Assembly (NCBI RefSeq): GCF_009914755.1 | Contig: NC_060925.1 | DNA length: 64,000 nucleotides | From: the human T2T-CHM13v2.0 reference genome, Homo sapiens | Strand: one strand, 5' to 3' | In this document: positions 50,119 through 64,000 of the stretch, one piece after another | How positions within the stretch are numbered: position 1 is the first letter of the stretch | Layout: each line of letters starts with the position of its first letter | Translations under genes and position numbers: made by a program | Notes under the pieces: generated by a model | Database searches by the model: none | What the model saw: the letters and a program-made list of their open reading frames with translations, nothing else | What the model was told of the DNA's origin: nothing

Positions 50119-50894
50119 TTAAAATAACATATTATCCAACTTACTGGACTTAGATGAATATAATTTAAAAAGCTAATATATGAAATTATACCAAACACAT
50201 TAGCGAGATAGCATAATAAAATACTACAGGCCCTGATTTTTTGATGAACATAATATAACAAAAATATACTGAACAAAATGCCTTTGTGAGAACTCTAGAA
50301 ACCATATTAAAAGCCATAGACAAGGGGAAGGAAAGCTTGTTACATTTACCCACCACAACTCTTTCTTCTCCTAAACACAGCATAATGACTTCAGGAATAA
50401 ACTCCCAACTCCTAGCTTCTCCTTCAATAGAGACAGTAGTGGCACATATGCCCATACTTTTGATGGAATTTCCAAAGACTAGTTTCTGTCTCCCATGACA
50501 CAAAGTGCTGAAAGGAATAGTGGTAGAATAGAACCAACCTTTAATTCAAAGGTTGGTTCTGCTGAGACCAAAGGTAAATAATTGTTATAGCAGCAGAGAG
50601 GCTGCAGTACTACAGACAGACAACAGATTTAGCAAATAATTGATTAGAGAAGAAGAAAGAAAGAAGAAACAAGGGTAAACCTCTTTAACTGGAAATTAAA
50701 CACAAAATTCCAGAGAACATACATCCTGAGAATAGGTTTGAGAGGCTCATGGAAACCCTAGCCCAAGTCACTTGGTATCAGATTATCCAGGACAAAGCCA
50801 TTTTATAAAGATTTTGACAGATGGCTTTTAGTGCCCAAATCTCAACCAAAGATTGCAACATATACATTAGGGTAACATGGCTCAATCAAAAAAA

Positions 50895-50897
50895 AAA

Positions 50898-50936
<39 letters not shown>

Positions 50937-50938
50937 AT
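50895..50938. repeat. (TAAA)n microsatellite
   Basis: Direct read. Confidence 0.9.
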
Positions 50939-51569
50939 ATCCAGAAATCAACCCTAAAGAAATGGAGATGTATAAGTTACCTGAAAAATCTGAGATAACC
51001 ATTTGAATAATGCCCAATGAGTAAAACAGGAAAACAGACATGAAATTAAGAAAATGAGAAACCCTGACAAATTCTCAAATGTAAAAAAAAAAAATTAAGA
51101 AGCTCAACACATTTCAAATAGGATAAACACAAACAGACACATAACAAGATACATTATAAGCAGTTTCAAAAAATTACAGATGAGAAGAGAATCTCAAAAA
51201 CAGAAAGGGAAAAGCAATGTGTCATCTATAAGCATGCTTCTATGAGATTACCAGAGCATAGTTGTTTCATATACCATCATTCTAGTACTATAGAATTTTA
51301 TTTTTGTGTATGTGATCACGGGGCACACAGAGAAAATAGGAAACCTGCCCTACTTGAAGAAACAAATCTCCAGAAACTGACCCTTAAAAAAGGGAGATTT
51401 TTGCATTTTTTTGACAAAGAATTTAAAGTAATCATCTTAAACATGTTCAATGACCAAAAGTAGAACACATATAGATAACTCTACAAAATCAGGTTGGGCA
51501 TGGTGACAAGAGCATTATGGTTTACATAAAGTAAAATACTCTCCTTGTTGTTCATTTAAAAATAAATCC

Positions 51570-51880
51570 TGGCTATGTACAGAAGCTCACACCTGGAATT
51601 CCAGCATTTTGGAAGGCTGAGGTGGGAGAACTGCTTGAGACCGAGTTCAAGACCAGCTTGAGTAACACGGTGAGACTGTCTCTACAATTTTTTTTTTTAA
51701 ATTAGCCAGGCATGGTGGTATATGCCTATAGTCCCAGCTACTTAGAAGGCTGAGGTGGAAGGATCACTTGAGCTGAGGAGTTTGAAGCTACAGTGAGCTA
51801 TGATCATACCGCTACACACCACCAGCCTGGATGAGAGAGTGAAACCCTGTTTATAAAAAAAAAAAAAACAAAAAAAAAAA
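51570..51880 (+). mobile_element. AluJ-like
   Basis: Diverged dimer with A-tail. Confidence 0.9.
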
Positions 51881-51962
51881 AACAGAAAACCATGCATGAG
51901 GAAAATAATACATCAACAAAGAGATTTTAAAAAAAAAAAACCTATAAAAAAGAACCCAACTA

Positions 51963-52347
<385 letters not shown>

Positions 52348-53569
52348 TTAATGAGGCAGAAAAAACATCAGCAAATTGAAGACATATCATTTATAAATAT
52401 TGAGTTGTGGAAGCAAAATTTTAAAAATGGAAAACAATGAAGATGGAATATTGGACTTAATAGAAACCATTCAGTAGACCAATATATCCATAAAAAGAGA
52501 CTTAGAAGATATAGGTGAAAAGCGGTAAGTTATTTAAAAAAAAAAAAAGGGGAGGGGGGCTGAGAACTTCTAAACTTTCAATGAGATAAAACCAAAATAT
52601 TACTAAGGATACTTGATGTAAAAAAAATTTACTTTCAAAAATAAGTGAAAAATAGACTTCCAAGATAAACAAAAGCTGAGAATGTTTGCTGCTACTAGTA
52701 CAGTCCTACAAGAAATGATAAAAGCAGTCCATTATGTTGAACAATAAAATGATGCTGGAGAACATCATAAATTCATATGAAAATATAAAGCTGTTAAAGG
52801 TAAATATATACACAGATATAGACTTGTCCAATGTTACATAAAACCAAAAACTCTGCAGAATGTGAAAAACAACGTAAATCTCTGTAAATCTATTAATAAA
52901 TGCACAATATAAAATGATATAATTTTTGACATTAATATCAAATGGGGGGATATAAAGATAAATAGTTCTTATACTCAATTGTAGGGAAGTTATGAGATAG
53001 ATTATTAGAACTTTAAGAAGTTTTATGAACTGTCCATTTCTCAAGGTGATCACAAAGAAAGTACTTATAGAAGTAATGCAAAAGAAAATGAGAAAAGAAT
53101 CAGAGCATGTCACTGCACAGTCAACAAAACAAAAAGACAGGCAGTGAGAGAGGTGAGAAAGGAAATGAGGGACAACATATCTACAAGGAACAGAAAACAA
53201 TTACAAACAAGATGGTAATAGTACTGCCATTTCCTTTAGGAATTATTTTAAATATAAATGGATTAAATTCCTTAATGAAAAGAAAATGGCTGAATAGATT
53301 AAGAACAAACAAGATTCTAAAATATGCTGTATACAACAGACTCAACTGTAGCTCTAAAGGAGTCAAACAGGCTGAAAGTAAAGAATGAAAAAAATATGTC
53401 CCATGAAAATAGTAACCACAATTGGGTGGTGTGGCCACAATTATATTACACAAGATACATTTTAAATTAAAAACTGTCACACAAGACAAAGATTGATATA
53501 ATGGTAAAATAGGCCTATTTACCAAAAATCTTTAACAGTTTTATATACACACACTCCACACACAAGCAT

Positions 53570-53593
53570 ACATATATATGTATATATAGTATA

Positions 53594-53624
<31 letters not shown>

Positions 53625-53629
53625 CTATA

Positions 53630-53660
<31 letters not shown>
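53570..53660. repeat. (TG)n(TA)n microsatellite
   Basis: Direct read. Confidence 0.9.
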
Positions 53661-53663
<3 letters not shown>

Positions 53664-54057
53664 GCAATATTTGCTGCCACATATATGAAGCGAATATGGA
53701 CAGAAATGAGCTGAGATATACACAGCAATACAATTGTAAACTTCAAGATTCCACTTTCAATAATGAATAGAAAAATCACATAGAAGATCAGTAAGAAAAC
53801 AGAAAATTTAAGGATTATAAACTAATTAGACCCAACAGACATGTACAGAATTCTCCAGGAAAAACAGCAGAATACGCAATATTCTCAATTGCATATTCAT
53901 TCTGTTAGGACACATAACAACTGACCAAATTTAAGAAGACTGAAATCAAACAATGTATTTTTTTCTAACCAAATCCAAAATATGTAGAAATTAAACACAC
54001 TGTTGAACACATTCTTGCTCAAGGGTCAGATGATTTTTTTGTTAAGATAGCAGTACT

Positions 54058-54405
<348 letters not shown>

Positions 54406-55397
54406 CTAAATCCCAATGGTACTTTTTTTGCAGAAATATTTTCCAAATCCTAAAATTTGTTTAGAAACTATGACTAGCCAAATACCATTTCAAAAGAAGA
54501 AAAGGATGGGTGTGGTGGCTTATGCTTGTAATTCTAGCACTTTGGGAGGTAAACATGACAGGATCATTGAGGCCAGGAGTTTGAAGCCAGATTGGACCCT
54601 GCCTCTATTATTAAAACAAACAAACAAACAAAACAACAACAACAACAACTATAAAATAAAAAGAATAAGAAGAGGCTTTACACTTCCTGGTTTCAAACAT
54701 ATTACACAAAGCTATAAAAAGACAAATATGAATAAAGAGATAATGAAACAAGAGAGAACCTAGATATAAACCCTTTTGGATACAATCAAATGATCTTCCA
54801 CAAGGTTGCCATGGCCACACAACAGGGAGAGACTCTTCGACAAACCATGTTGAAAACGGAGTACCTACATGAAAAAAATTAAGTTGGACCCTTCCTTTGC
54901 ATTATATGCAAACAATATTTTAAAAGGATTCAATGCTTAAACATAAAAATATAACAAAACTCTCAGGAGAAAATATAGAGAAGATCATGACATTGGTCTT
55001 TGCACCGTTTTCTTGGATATGATGTCAAATGCATAAGCAACAAAGAACAAAAAAACTGAACTACATCAAACTTCAGAATTTCTGAACATTAAAGGAACCA
55101 ATTAGTGGAATGAAAATGTCACCTTAGAAATGGGTGAAAATATTGACCTATTAGATATTTGATAGGAGTTAACGTACAGAATGTATCTCTCCTAAAACTC
55201 AGCCCCCCAAAAATAATAATTTGATTTAAAAACAGACAAAGGATTGAACTGACTTTTCTTTAAAAGATAATACTCAAATGGCCAACAGGCACTTGAAAGA
55301 AAGCTGAAAATTACTAATTTGTAGAGAACTGCAAAGCAAAATCACAATGAGCTATCACCTCACATCCATCAAAATGGCCACTATTAAAAATGAACAG

Positions 55398-55690
55398 AGG
55401 CTGGGCACAGTGGCTCATGCCTGCAATCCCAGCACTTTGGGAGGCTGAGGCGGGTGAATCACATGAGGCCAGGAGTTCGAGACTAGTCTGGCCAACATGG
55501 TGAAACCCCATCTCTGCCAAAAAATATAAAAATTAACCAGGCATGGTGGTGCATGCCTGCAATCCCAGCTACTCGGGAGGCTGAGGCACAAGAATCACTT
55601 GAACCCTGGAAGCGGAGGTTGCAGTGAGCCAAGATTGCACCACTGCATTCCTACATGGGTGACAGAGCAAGAACCTGTCTGAAAAAAAAG
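55398..55690 (+). mobile_element. Alu
   Basis: Full dimer. Confidence 0.93.
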
Positions 55691-57491
55691 ACCAACAGAA
55701 ACTAATCTGTCAAGGATGTGGCGAAATGGAAACCTGTGTGCGCTATTGATGAAAAAATATGACACAGCCACTATTAAAAAACAGTATAGAGATTCCTCAA
55801 AAAACTAAAAATGGAATTATCATATAATCCAGCAATCCCATTTCTGAGTATATATTCAAACTCAGAACCTAGAAGATATATTGCAGCATTATTCACAAAA
55901 GCCAAAATGCAGAATCAACCCTGATGTCCCAAATGATCAATAGATAAAAATAAATGTGGCATATGCATAAAATTGATATTATTTAGCCTTAAAGAAGGAA
56001 ATATTGTTACATTGTATGATAAGGATAAAGCTTGAGAATATTATGTTAACCGAAATAAGCCAGTACCAGTGACAGTGTATGATTCTACTTCTATATAATA
56101 TCTTAAGTAGCCAACATCATATAGAAAGCTGAAGGGTGTTTGCCAAGGGCCGGAGAGAGAATAAAATGGGCAGTTCTTACTTAAGGAGTACTGAGTTTTG
56201 ATTTTGCAAGATGTAACATTTCTAGCGGTCTTTTGCATAACAATGTGAATACGTGTAACGTTACTAAAAATGTATCCTTAAAGGTGCTCAACATCACCGG
56301 TCATCAAACAACTGCAACTCGAAACCACGATGAGACATCACCTCACACCTGTTTGGATGGCAAATATCAAAAAGAAGAGAGATGTGTATTATTCAAGGGA
56401 TGGACAAAAGCCCTGACTTCACTACTGCATAATCTCTCCACTTAAGAAAATTAATTTATACCCTAAATTCATACAAATAAAAAAATCTACAAAAGAGATA
56501 ATGTGGCATATACATAAGATTGATATTATCAGCCTTAAAGGAGATATTGTCACATTGTATGATAAGGATAAAGCTTGAGAATATTATGTTAACTGAAATA
56601 AGCCAGTACAAGTATTGACACAGGTGTGAAGAAAACTAAATTCCATATGTTGTTGCTGTGTTGTAAACTGATAGAGCCATTAGCAAAACCAGTATGGAGG
56701 TTCTTAATTGAAAAATGAAAAAGTAAAACTACCATATAATTCATCAATCCCACTTCTGTGTAAATAACCAAAGGAAATAAAATAATTATCTCAAAAGAAA
56801 AAAAACTGTACGCTCATGTTCATTGCAGCATTTTTCACAATTGCCAAGATATGAAAACAACCTAAATGTTTGCAGACACTAAAAATAAAAGTACACACAC
56901 ACACTCTAGAATGTTATTCAGCCATTAAAAATAATAAAATCTTGCCATTTCAACAACATGGATGAACATGGAGGAAATTACGCCAAGTGAAATAAGCCAG
57001 GCACAGAAAGAAAAATACTGCATAATCTCTCTTATAAGGGGAATCAAAAAGGGTTGAACTCAAAGAAGCAGAGAGTACAAAGATGATTGCCAGAGGCTGG
57101 AGTTAGGGAAAATTGGGAGCTGTTGTTCAAAGAGTACAACTTTCCATTATAAGATAAATACATTTTGGGGATCTTGTGTATAGCATTGTGACTGTAGTTC
57201 ATAATAGCATTCTGTATGCTTAAAATTTGCTAAGATAGTTGTATCAAATCATCACATTGTACACAATACTTACACACTTTTTATTTGTGAAAAAATCCAT
57301 GTTACACACATGTACATATATACACAAATGTATACACACCAACATATATATGAATAACAGTTCCGGTCATTCCAAACAAAATTATAAAATTACAGTTATT
57401 ATAAACTAAGGTAGCAAGTGGAAGTTAAACATATGCTGAGCACTGCTCTAAGCTACCCAAATACACAGCATATTTAAGAAATCTAGGAAGC

Positions 57492-57838
57492 TGATACGGT
57501 TTGGCTGTGCCCCCACCCAAATCTCAACTTAAATTGCATCTCCCAGAATTCCCACGTGCTGTGGGAGGGACCCAGAGGGAGGTAATTGAATCATGGGGGC
57601 CAGTCTTTCCCGTGCTATTCTCATGATAGTAAATAAGTCTCATGGGATCTGATGGCTTTCTCAAGGGTTTCTGCTGTTGCTTCTTCCTCATTTTCTCTTG
57701 CTGCTGCCATGTATTTAGCCTCCCGCCATGATTCTGAGGCCTCCCCCGCCATGTGGAAATAGTTAAGTCCAGTTAAACCTCTTTTTCTTCCCAGTCTCAG
57801 GTACGTCTTTGTTAGCAGTGTGAAAACTGACTAATACA
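57492..57838 (+). mobile_element. THE1A-like solo LTR
   Basis: tgatacggtttggctgtg...ccagaattcccacgtg...actaataca. Confidence 0.9.
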
Positions 57839-58479
57839 GAAGTGAACAGATACACTAAACCACACTACAGTTGAGAATTTGGGGCAGAGTTTAAATTACC
57901 AGTCTCTGTTTATACTAAAACAATAAATGTTTAATAAAAAATAACAGTTTCTTACATTTAGGGAGATGTCTAGTGTTCTTATAAAATTACTGAGTATAAA
58001 TTTCTATAGAATGACATTTAAAACCTCTATAGAATGGGAAATCACAAAGCAGAAAACATGTAACATCTGTTCTGGTGTTCCTGGGATTCTGAGCCAAATC
58101 CCACTGCTCTCACACGCCTTAGACATAATGCAAAAAGGGAACTTAAAAAATAGCTTAACAAACAGTTTCTCAAAAATACACAGATATTCCTGTGTCCCCA
58201 AAGCAATGGAAGAACAATCAGATCATACGGTCTGTTCCAAGCTATGAAAAAGCCTTTGGCTGTCACTGTCATCTTGAAGAAAGATCACTGAAGGGAAAGT
58301 AGAGCCGTAAAAGAATTTCAGAGCATGGGACAGAAGGTGTTCCTATGTGACAGCAAGGGAAAGAAACTCAGGCTTCTCAGAAACCATTTCCATTGGAGCA
58401 GAGCTTCTCAAACCACATTTTAAGGTCTGGCTTCCGCCTTGATCTTTGAACCTCTCATCTGTATCATCCACTTCATTTA

Positions 58480-58710
<231 letters not shown>

Positions 58711-58739
58711 CTAAAAATTAATCCCAAAATACTGTTTCC

Positions 58740-58903
58740 TGACAGAACCTTTAGAATATTTGGAAAGTATTTTAAATTTGTGAGGCCCTAGCTTCACTAC
58801 CTAATACTACTGAATCAAGAATGACAGAACCTTTAGAATATTTGGGAAGTATTTTAAATTTGTGAGTCCCTAGCTTCACTACCTAATACCACTGAATCAA
58901 GAA
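58740..58903. repeat. 82-bp tandem duplication
   Basis: tgacagaacctttagaatatttgg at 58740 and 58822. Confidence 0.92.
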
Positions 58904-59177
58904 TCGGTGGTGGTAACTGGATTTTTCAGGGTGTGTGCAACACTATTTTATGCTACTAAATTTCTGGAATTGCCACCACTCATCTGAGCACGCACATCAC
59001 CTCAAGAAAGGAAGGTTAGTGTCAAGATAAAATACCTTCAAGATTATTTTGTTCTACACCAACAAATCCCCAAGTTTTCCTTGAAAGCAGAAATCTGAAA
59101 TTCATTCGTGCAAAGCAGAATTCCCAAAAATATTCTACAATGAAGGAAATAAAATCCTTAGTGTAAAATAGAAATTA

Positions 59178-59357
<180 letters not shown>

Positions 59358-60224
59358 TCATGGGCAGAGTTCTTAATCTGATTCCAGGCACAAAGAGAGA
59401 CAGAGAGAACTGGTTCTTACTTATAGAAGAGACTGAAATGATCAAATAATTGTAAACACAGAAATATTCTCTAACATATTCTTTAATCCTGAAGAAAGAG
59501 GATGGCATAAGCTCCACATAACCAGTGTACATATTCTACTCTTGTGAATAATACAGTATAAAATTAAGGGCATCAACGCAGGCATATACATTTTTTCCTG
59601 CTCTATTTACCTCACACAGGATAAACTGTAAATATTTCTCATATGTAGAGGTCATGATTCATCAGAAGGTACCCCTGAAATTTTAATGCGTACACAATAA
59701 ACTAGAGATCCTCTTAAAATGCAGGTTGTGATTCAGAGGACCTAGGGTGAAGCCTGAGTCTCTGAATTTCTAAGTGAGCCATACAGTGATGCCACTGTGT
59801 CTGGGCCAAGGAAAATATTTTTTCAAACATGCAGGAAGTGGCAGAGCCTGTGTTTATTTCAGTTTATCTAACCAATAAACAAACACGAGAGCCTTCATTT
59901 TCCAAAGCAAGCTATAAGCGAGGAGAATCTAAAAAGAAAGAAGAGCTTCCTAATTAAATGTGATGGCTTATATGTATCAGTCAGTAAATCTCCCCAAGGT
60001 ACTAAACAATAATGAAAAAAATATCTCTATCGTGCAAAAATCTGGCAGAGAGCACCTTAACCAAGTAAATAAAATTAAGATCAACTATAATAGGATAAAT
60101 CAACATCAAAGATGTCAAGGATAAAATGACATCAAGGATCACATGACATCAAGGACAAAGTATCACTGCTCTAATATTATTGACCACAAAAATAGTAAAT
60201 TACAATCTGAACCTAATCATGTAG

Positions 60225-60584
<360 letters not shown>

Positions 60585-61097
60585 TAATCTGCAATAGGGT
60601 ATTTCAATAGTGTTTCTTTAGCATCCTAGACAGCAAATGTCTTCTAATTATTCTCTTTTCAGAACTTTAAGTTATTCCAGGCAATGAATGCCATCCTCTT
60701 TAAATGTCTCTTTTCTTAATTCTGTTCTGCATAGAGATGATGGAGCATGTGGATGAAATCTAAACGGTACATGATCCCCTTCTTCACTGACATCCCAAGA
60801 CCCAGCCCCATCCCCACGGATAATCCTGGGGATCCACACTTTCCCATGTTGATATGTCACAGAACATCTGAATACTGCCCATCATACATTAATGGTAAGA
60901 TTTGGTCATGACATATAAGAAGCCTGGAAGGAGGGAATGGAGAGAAGGTTCTGGTACACAGGAGGAAGGATTTTACAGAGTTCCTTATCAATCATAAGAA
61001 AGGAGGGGGGAAGGGGGGAAGGTAGTTGGGAAGAAACACATTAGGCAGGTACATCAGAAGTACAGAAATAAAGGTTTGCAAGTTCTAAACACATAAC

Positions 61098-61191
61098 ATC
61101 CCAGAAGAAAAGAGGAGACACATCCCCTGAACCCAGACACATTCACCTGAGAACCAGCCATTTCTTCCTCTTCTTCCTTCTTCTCTGGGAT
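61098..61191 (-). ncRNA. MIR3916: microRNA 3916 hairpin
   Basis: 94-nt fold-back AUCCCAGA...UCUGGGAU containing AAGAGGAAGAAAUGGCUGGUUCUCAG (61147-61172), as recalled for miR-3916. Confidence 0.85.
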
Positions 61192-61793
61192 TCCTTCTCA
61201 GGTGAGATTATCTGGACAAATCACACCTGCATTTGAGAATATGTCTTTAAAGGTGTCAACACAACCCTTTCACCTGCAACCAGCACACCTAGAGGCAGAA
61301 GGCCCTGCAGTGCAGAAAAGGGAATACTCCCCTATTCTTTATCACAGGAGAGGAAAAATGAGCTACCACATAAAGACCAAAAATTTCCTGCCTTCAGGTG
61401 ATCTCCCCTGCCATGAACTCCAGCAATTTCTGGTACAGCAAAGGAAATATGGATCTTGGTGACCTACCCTTATCAAACCGAAGAGCAGGCCCTCTGACCT
61501 CCTTTTGGAACCCAAGTCTCGTGACTGTATCTGGGAGCCCTCAAGGTTGACTCTGATCTCACCTTAGAATCGCTGGGGGGCACTTACTTAAAACAACAAT
61601 TATGCTTCCATCCAGACCACAGACAGGATCTTTGGAGACAGCATGTGTGATGGTAGTTCTCCAAACTGGCTATTTGTTTCTAATTGAAAGCCTGGGCTGA
61701 GAACCACATACCTGAGTACTGTCTCTCTGGCTTCAATGTACATATAAATAATTTGGTATTCTAATTTGGTATTCCAGGCCCCATTCTAAGTAA

Positions 61794-62348
<555 letters not shown>

Positions 62349-63698
62349 CTAGAGAAGGCAGCAATGTCTGAGTAAGTCTGCACTGGGAGAACGTGGACAC
62401 GGGCATTAATGAATGTTTACGGAACACATACTACGTGCTCAGAAGTGTGTTACAGAGGACAGCGCTGAAAACCTAGTAATAGGTGAGGTAATTCTAACAC
62501 TCCGGGAGGTGGGTACTAAGTGTTCCATAATCCCCAGGGTTTACATGAAGGGCCCAGCTTTTCTTTTTCTGTTTCTCCATCACTGAGTTTTAGAAAGAAA
62601 ATATATAGAATGAAAGCTAAATACAGACAGATGGGAGAGATACAGAAAGAAGGGGTTAAATGTAGTTGAGAGGGATTTTTCGTTGTTGTCGTGTTTGTAT
62701 TTACTTTCTGGTAACTCATGGAGGAACTACTGCATCTGCAGGAATGAAGAACACCTGGGTCTGCAGGATGAACAGCAGGCTGCTGGGTGGGATGTCTCTG
62801 GCAGCACTGGTTTCAATGAAAAACAAAGGGCCACAATTACACAGTGCTTTGTTCTCATTTACCTGCTTTTGGGTTTGGGAAAATTGTCAGCACCTGCTCT
62901 GGAGAGATCACAGGAACCACCACGCAACAACTCTGATGTCCTCTAATGAATTCTGCGACGGAGATTTCAGGGTGGGATAAGGCCTGGGAAGCAGGCTGAT
63001 CTGGCAGAGCTGGGCCACGAAGCAGACCCTCAGCTTCTCACCTTTAGGCCTCTGGGTACTACCGGTTCTCTTTGTCCTAGGCCTGCCCAACAGACGCTTG
63101 ACTCCCAGAGTTTGTGTAATTTTAACCAATTTTAGCTACTTCCTCGTCTATTTTATAAGATCCAGTCACGAGCAATTTAACCAACACCCTTAGAGCTTTC
63201 TAGGACAAATATATTAGAAACTAAATATTTATTCTTGGCAAGGAAAATGCACTAGAAATAAAGATAATAACAACTCTTTTGTCCATAAATAGCCCTTCAG
63301 GTGGCAACACCAGAACTCACAAAAGAACAAGAAAAGAGAAGTGGCCCCAATGAAGCCACAATCCTCTGTATACCTCCCTTCTTTGTGCTGACCACAGGAT
63401 GCCGAATTCAACCGTTTATCCACTGGCTCTAGACTGAAAGTTCCTGGTTGGTAAGGACCCAAGACTGTGCCATCTGTTTTTGTAATGGCCATATGAAATG
63501 GAAGCAACTGGTTTATCAGTTTGAGTCTCGAGATCTCCTCCTTGTTTTTTACCCAATACCAGGAAACGGGAGCCAGTCCCATCTGGATATCAATCAAAGA
63601 GATTCCTTTTGTGAGGGGGAAAGAAGAAACATGCATGACTCATTTCTCTTCCTCTGAGATGGAAGCAGCTTTGTTTATTTGTTTATTTTTAAAGGAAA

Positions 63699-63792
63699 AA
63701 AGCCTACAGCATCCAGTATTCCCAGGACTGACCCTGCTTAGCTTCCGAGATGAGATGAGATAGCGCATGTTCGGAGTGGTATGGCCATAGAC
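63699..63792 (-). pseudogene. Retroposed 5S rRNA pseudogene with internal 27-nt deletion
   Basis: Minus strand GTCTATGGCCATACCAC...GGAAGCTAAGCAGGGTC...CCTGGGAATAC...GTAGGCTTT; A-rich tail 63670-63690; TSD tggaagcag(c/a)tt. Possibly RNA5SP82 (not verified). Confidence 0.92.
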
Positions 63793-63958
63793 TGGAAGCA
63801 GATTTAGACCTTCCTGTCAGCCTGACCTGAGTCTGCACTAATGTTTAAAGACTCCCAGGTACCTGCGACAGGGTCCTCAGTGACCCTGGGCTTATGTCCC
63901 CATGGTGATCTAGGCAAGAGAGATTCCGGCTGATTCTGTGGGACAAAAATAGAAAACA

Positions 63959-64000
63959 GGCCGGCGCGGTGGCTCACACCTGTAATCCCAGCACTTTGGG
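63959..64000 (+). mobile_element. Alu 5' end (cut by window edge)
   Basis: ggccggcgcggtggctcacacctgtaatcccagc. Confidence 0.9.

Overview
Primate (human-like) genomic DNA. From the encoded proteins I recognise it as the 1q44 KRAB zinc-finger cluster. Minus strand: the complete ZNF124 gene (CpG-island promoter ~30.6-31.2 kb; coding exons 30905-30934, 18741-18867, 18060-18120, 15620-16457; 351 aa), a 5'-truncated PEX5 processed pseudogene (~41.6-44.6 kb), and the 3' part of a ZNF91/ZNF695-type KRAB-ZNF locus (probably ZNF731P; exon 1 lies beyond the window). That locus hosts MIR3916 and a retroposed 5S rRNA pseudogene. Plus strand: a V1R vomeronasal receptor pseudogene (~39.1-40.0 kb). The rest is dense Alu, L1, MaLR/ERV LTR and DNA-transposon debris. 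Main points: (1) the supposed pseudogene splices KRAB-A + KRAB-B + zinc-finger exon into one uninterrupted 419-codon ORF with 7 intact fingers; (2) ZNF124 stays coding only through a cryptic acceptor that bypasses a stop and frameshift behind its ancestral acceptor; (3) the PEX5 retrocopy preserves a double-skipped isoform; (4) a sense-oriented solo LTR2 in ZNF124 intron 1 has a mutated poly(A) signal; (5) inverted Alus flank ZNF124 exons 2-3, a circRNA geometry. No wholly new system is demonstrable from sequence alone. Gene names, reference sequences and repeat subfamilies are recalled, not searched.
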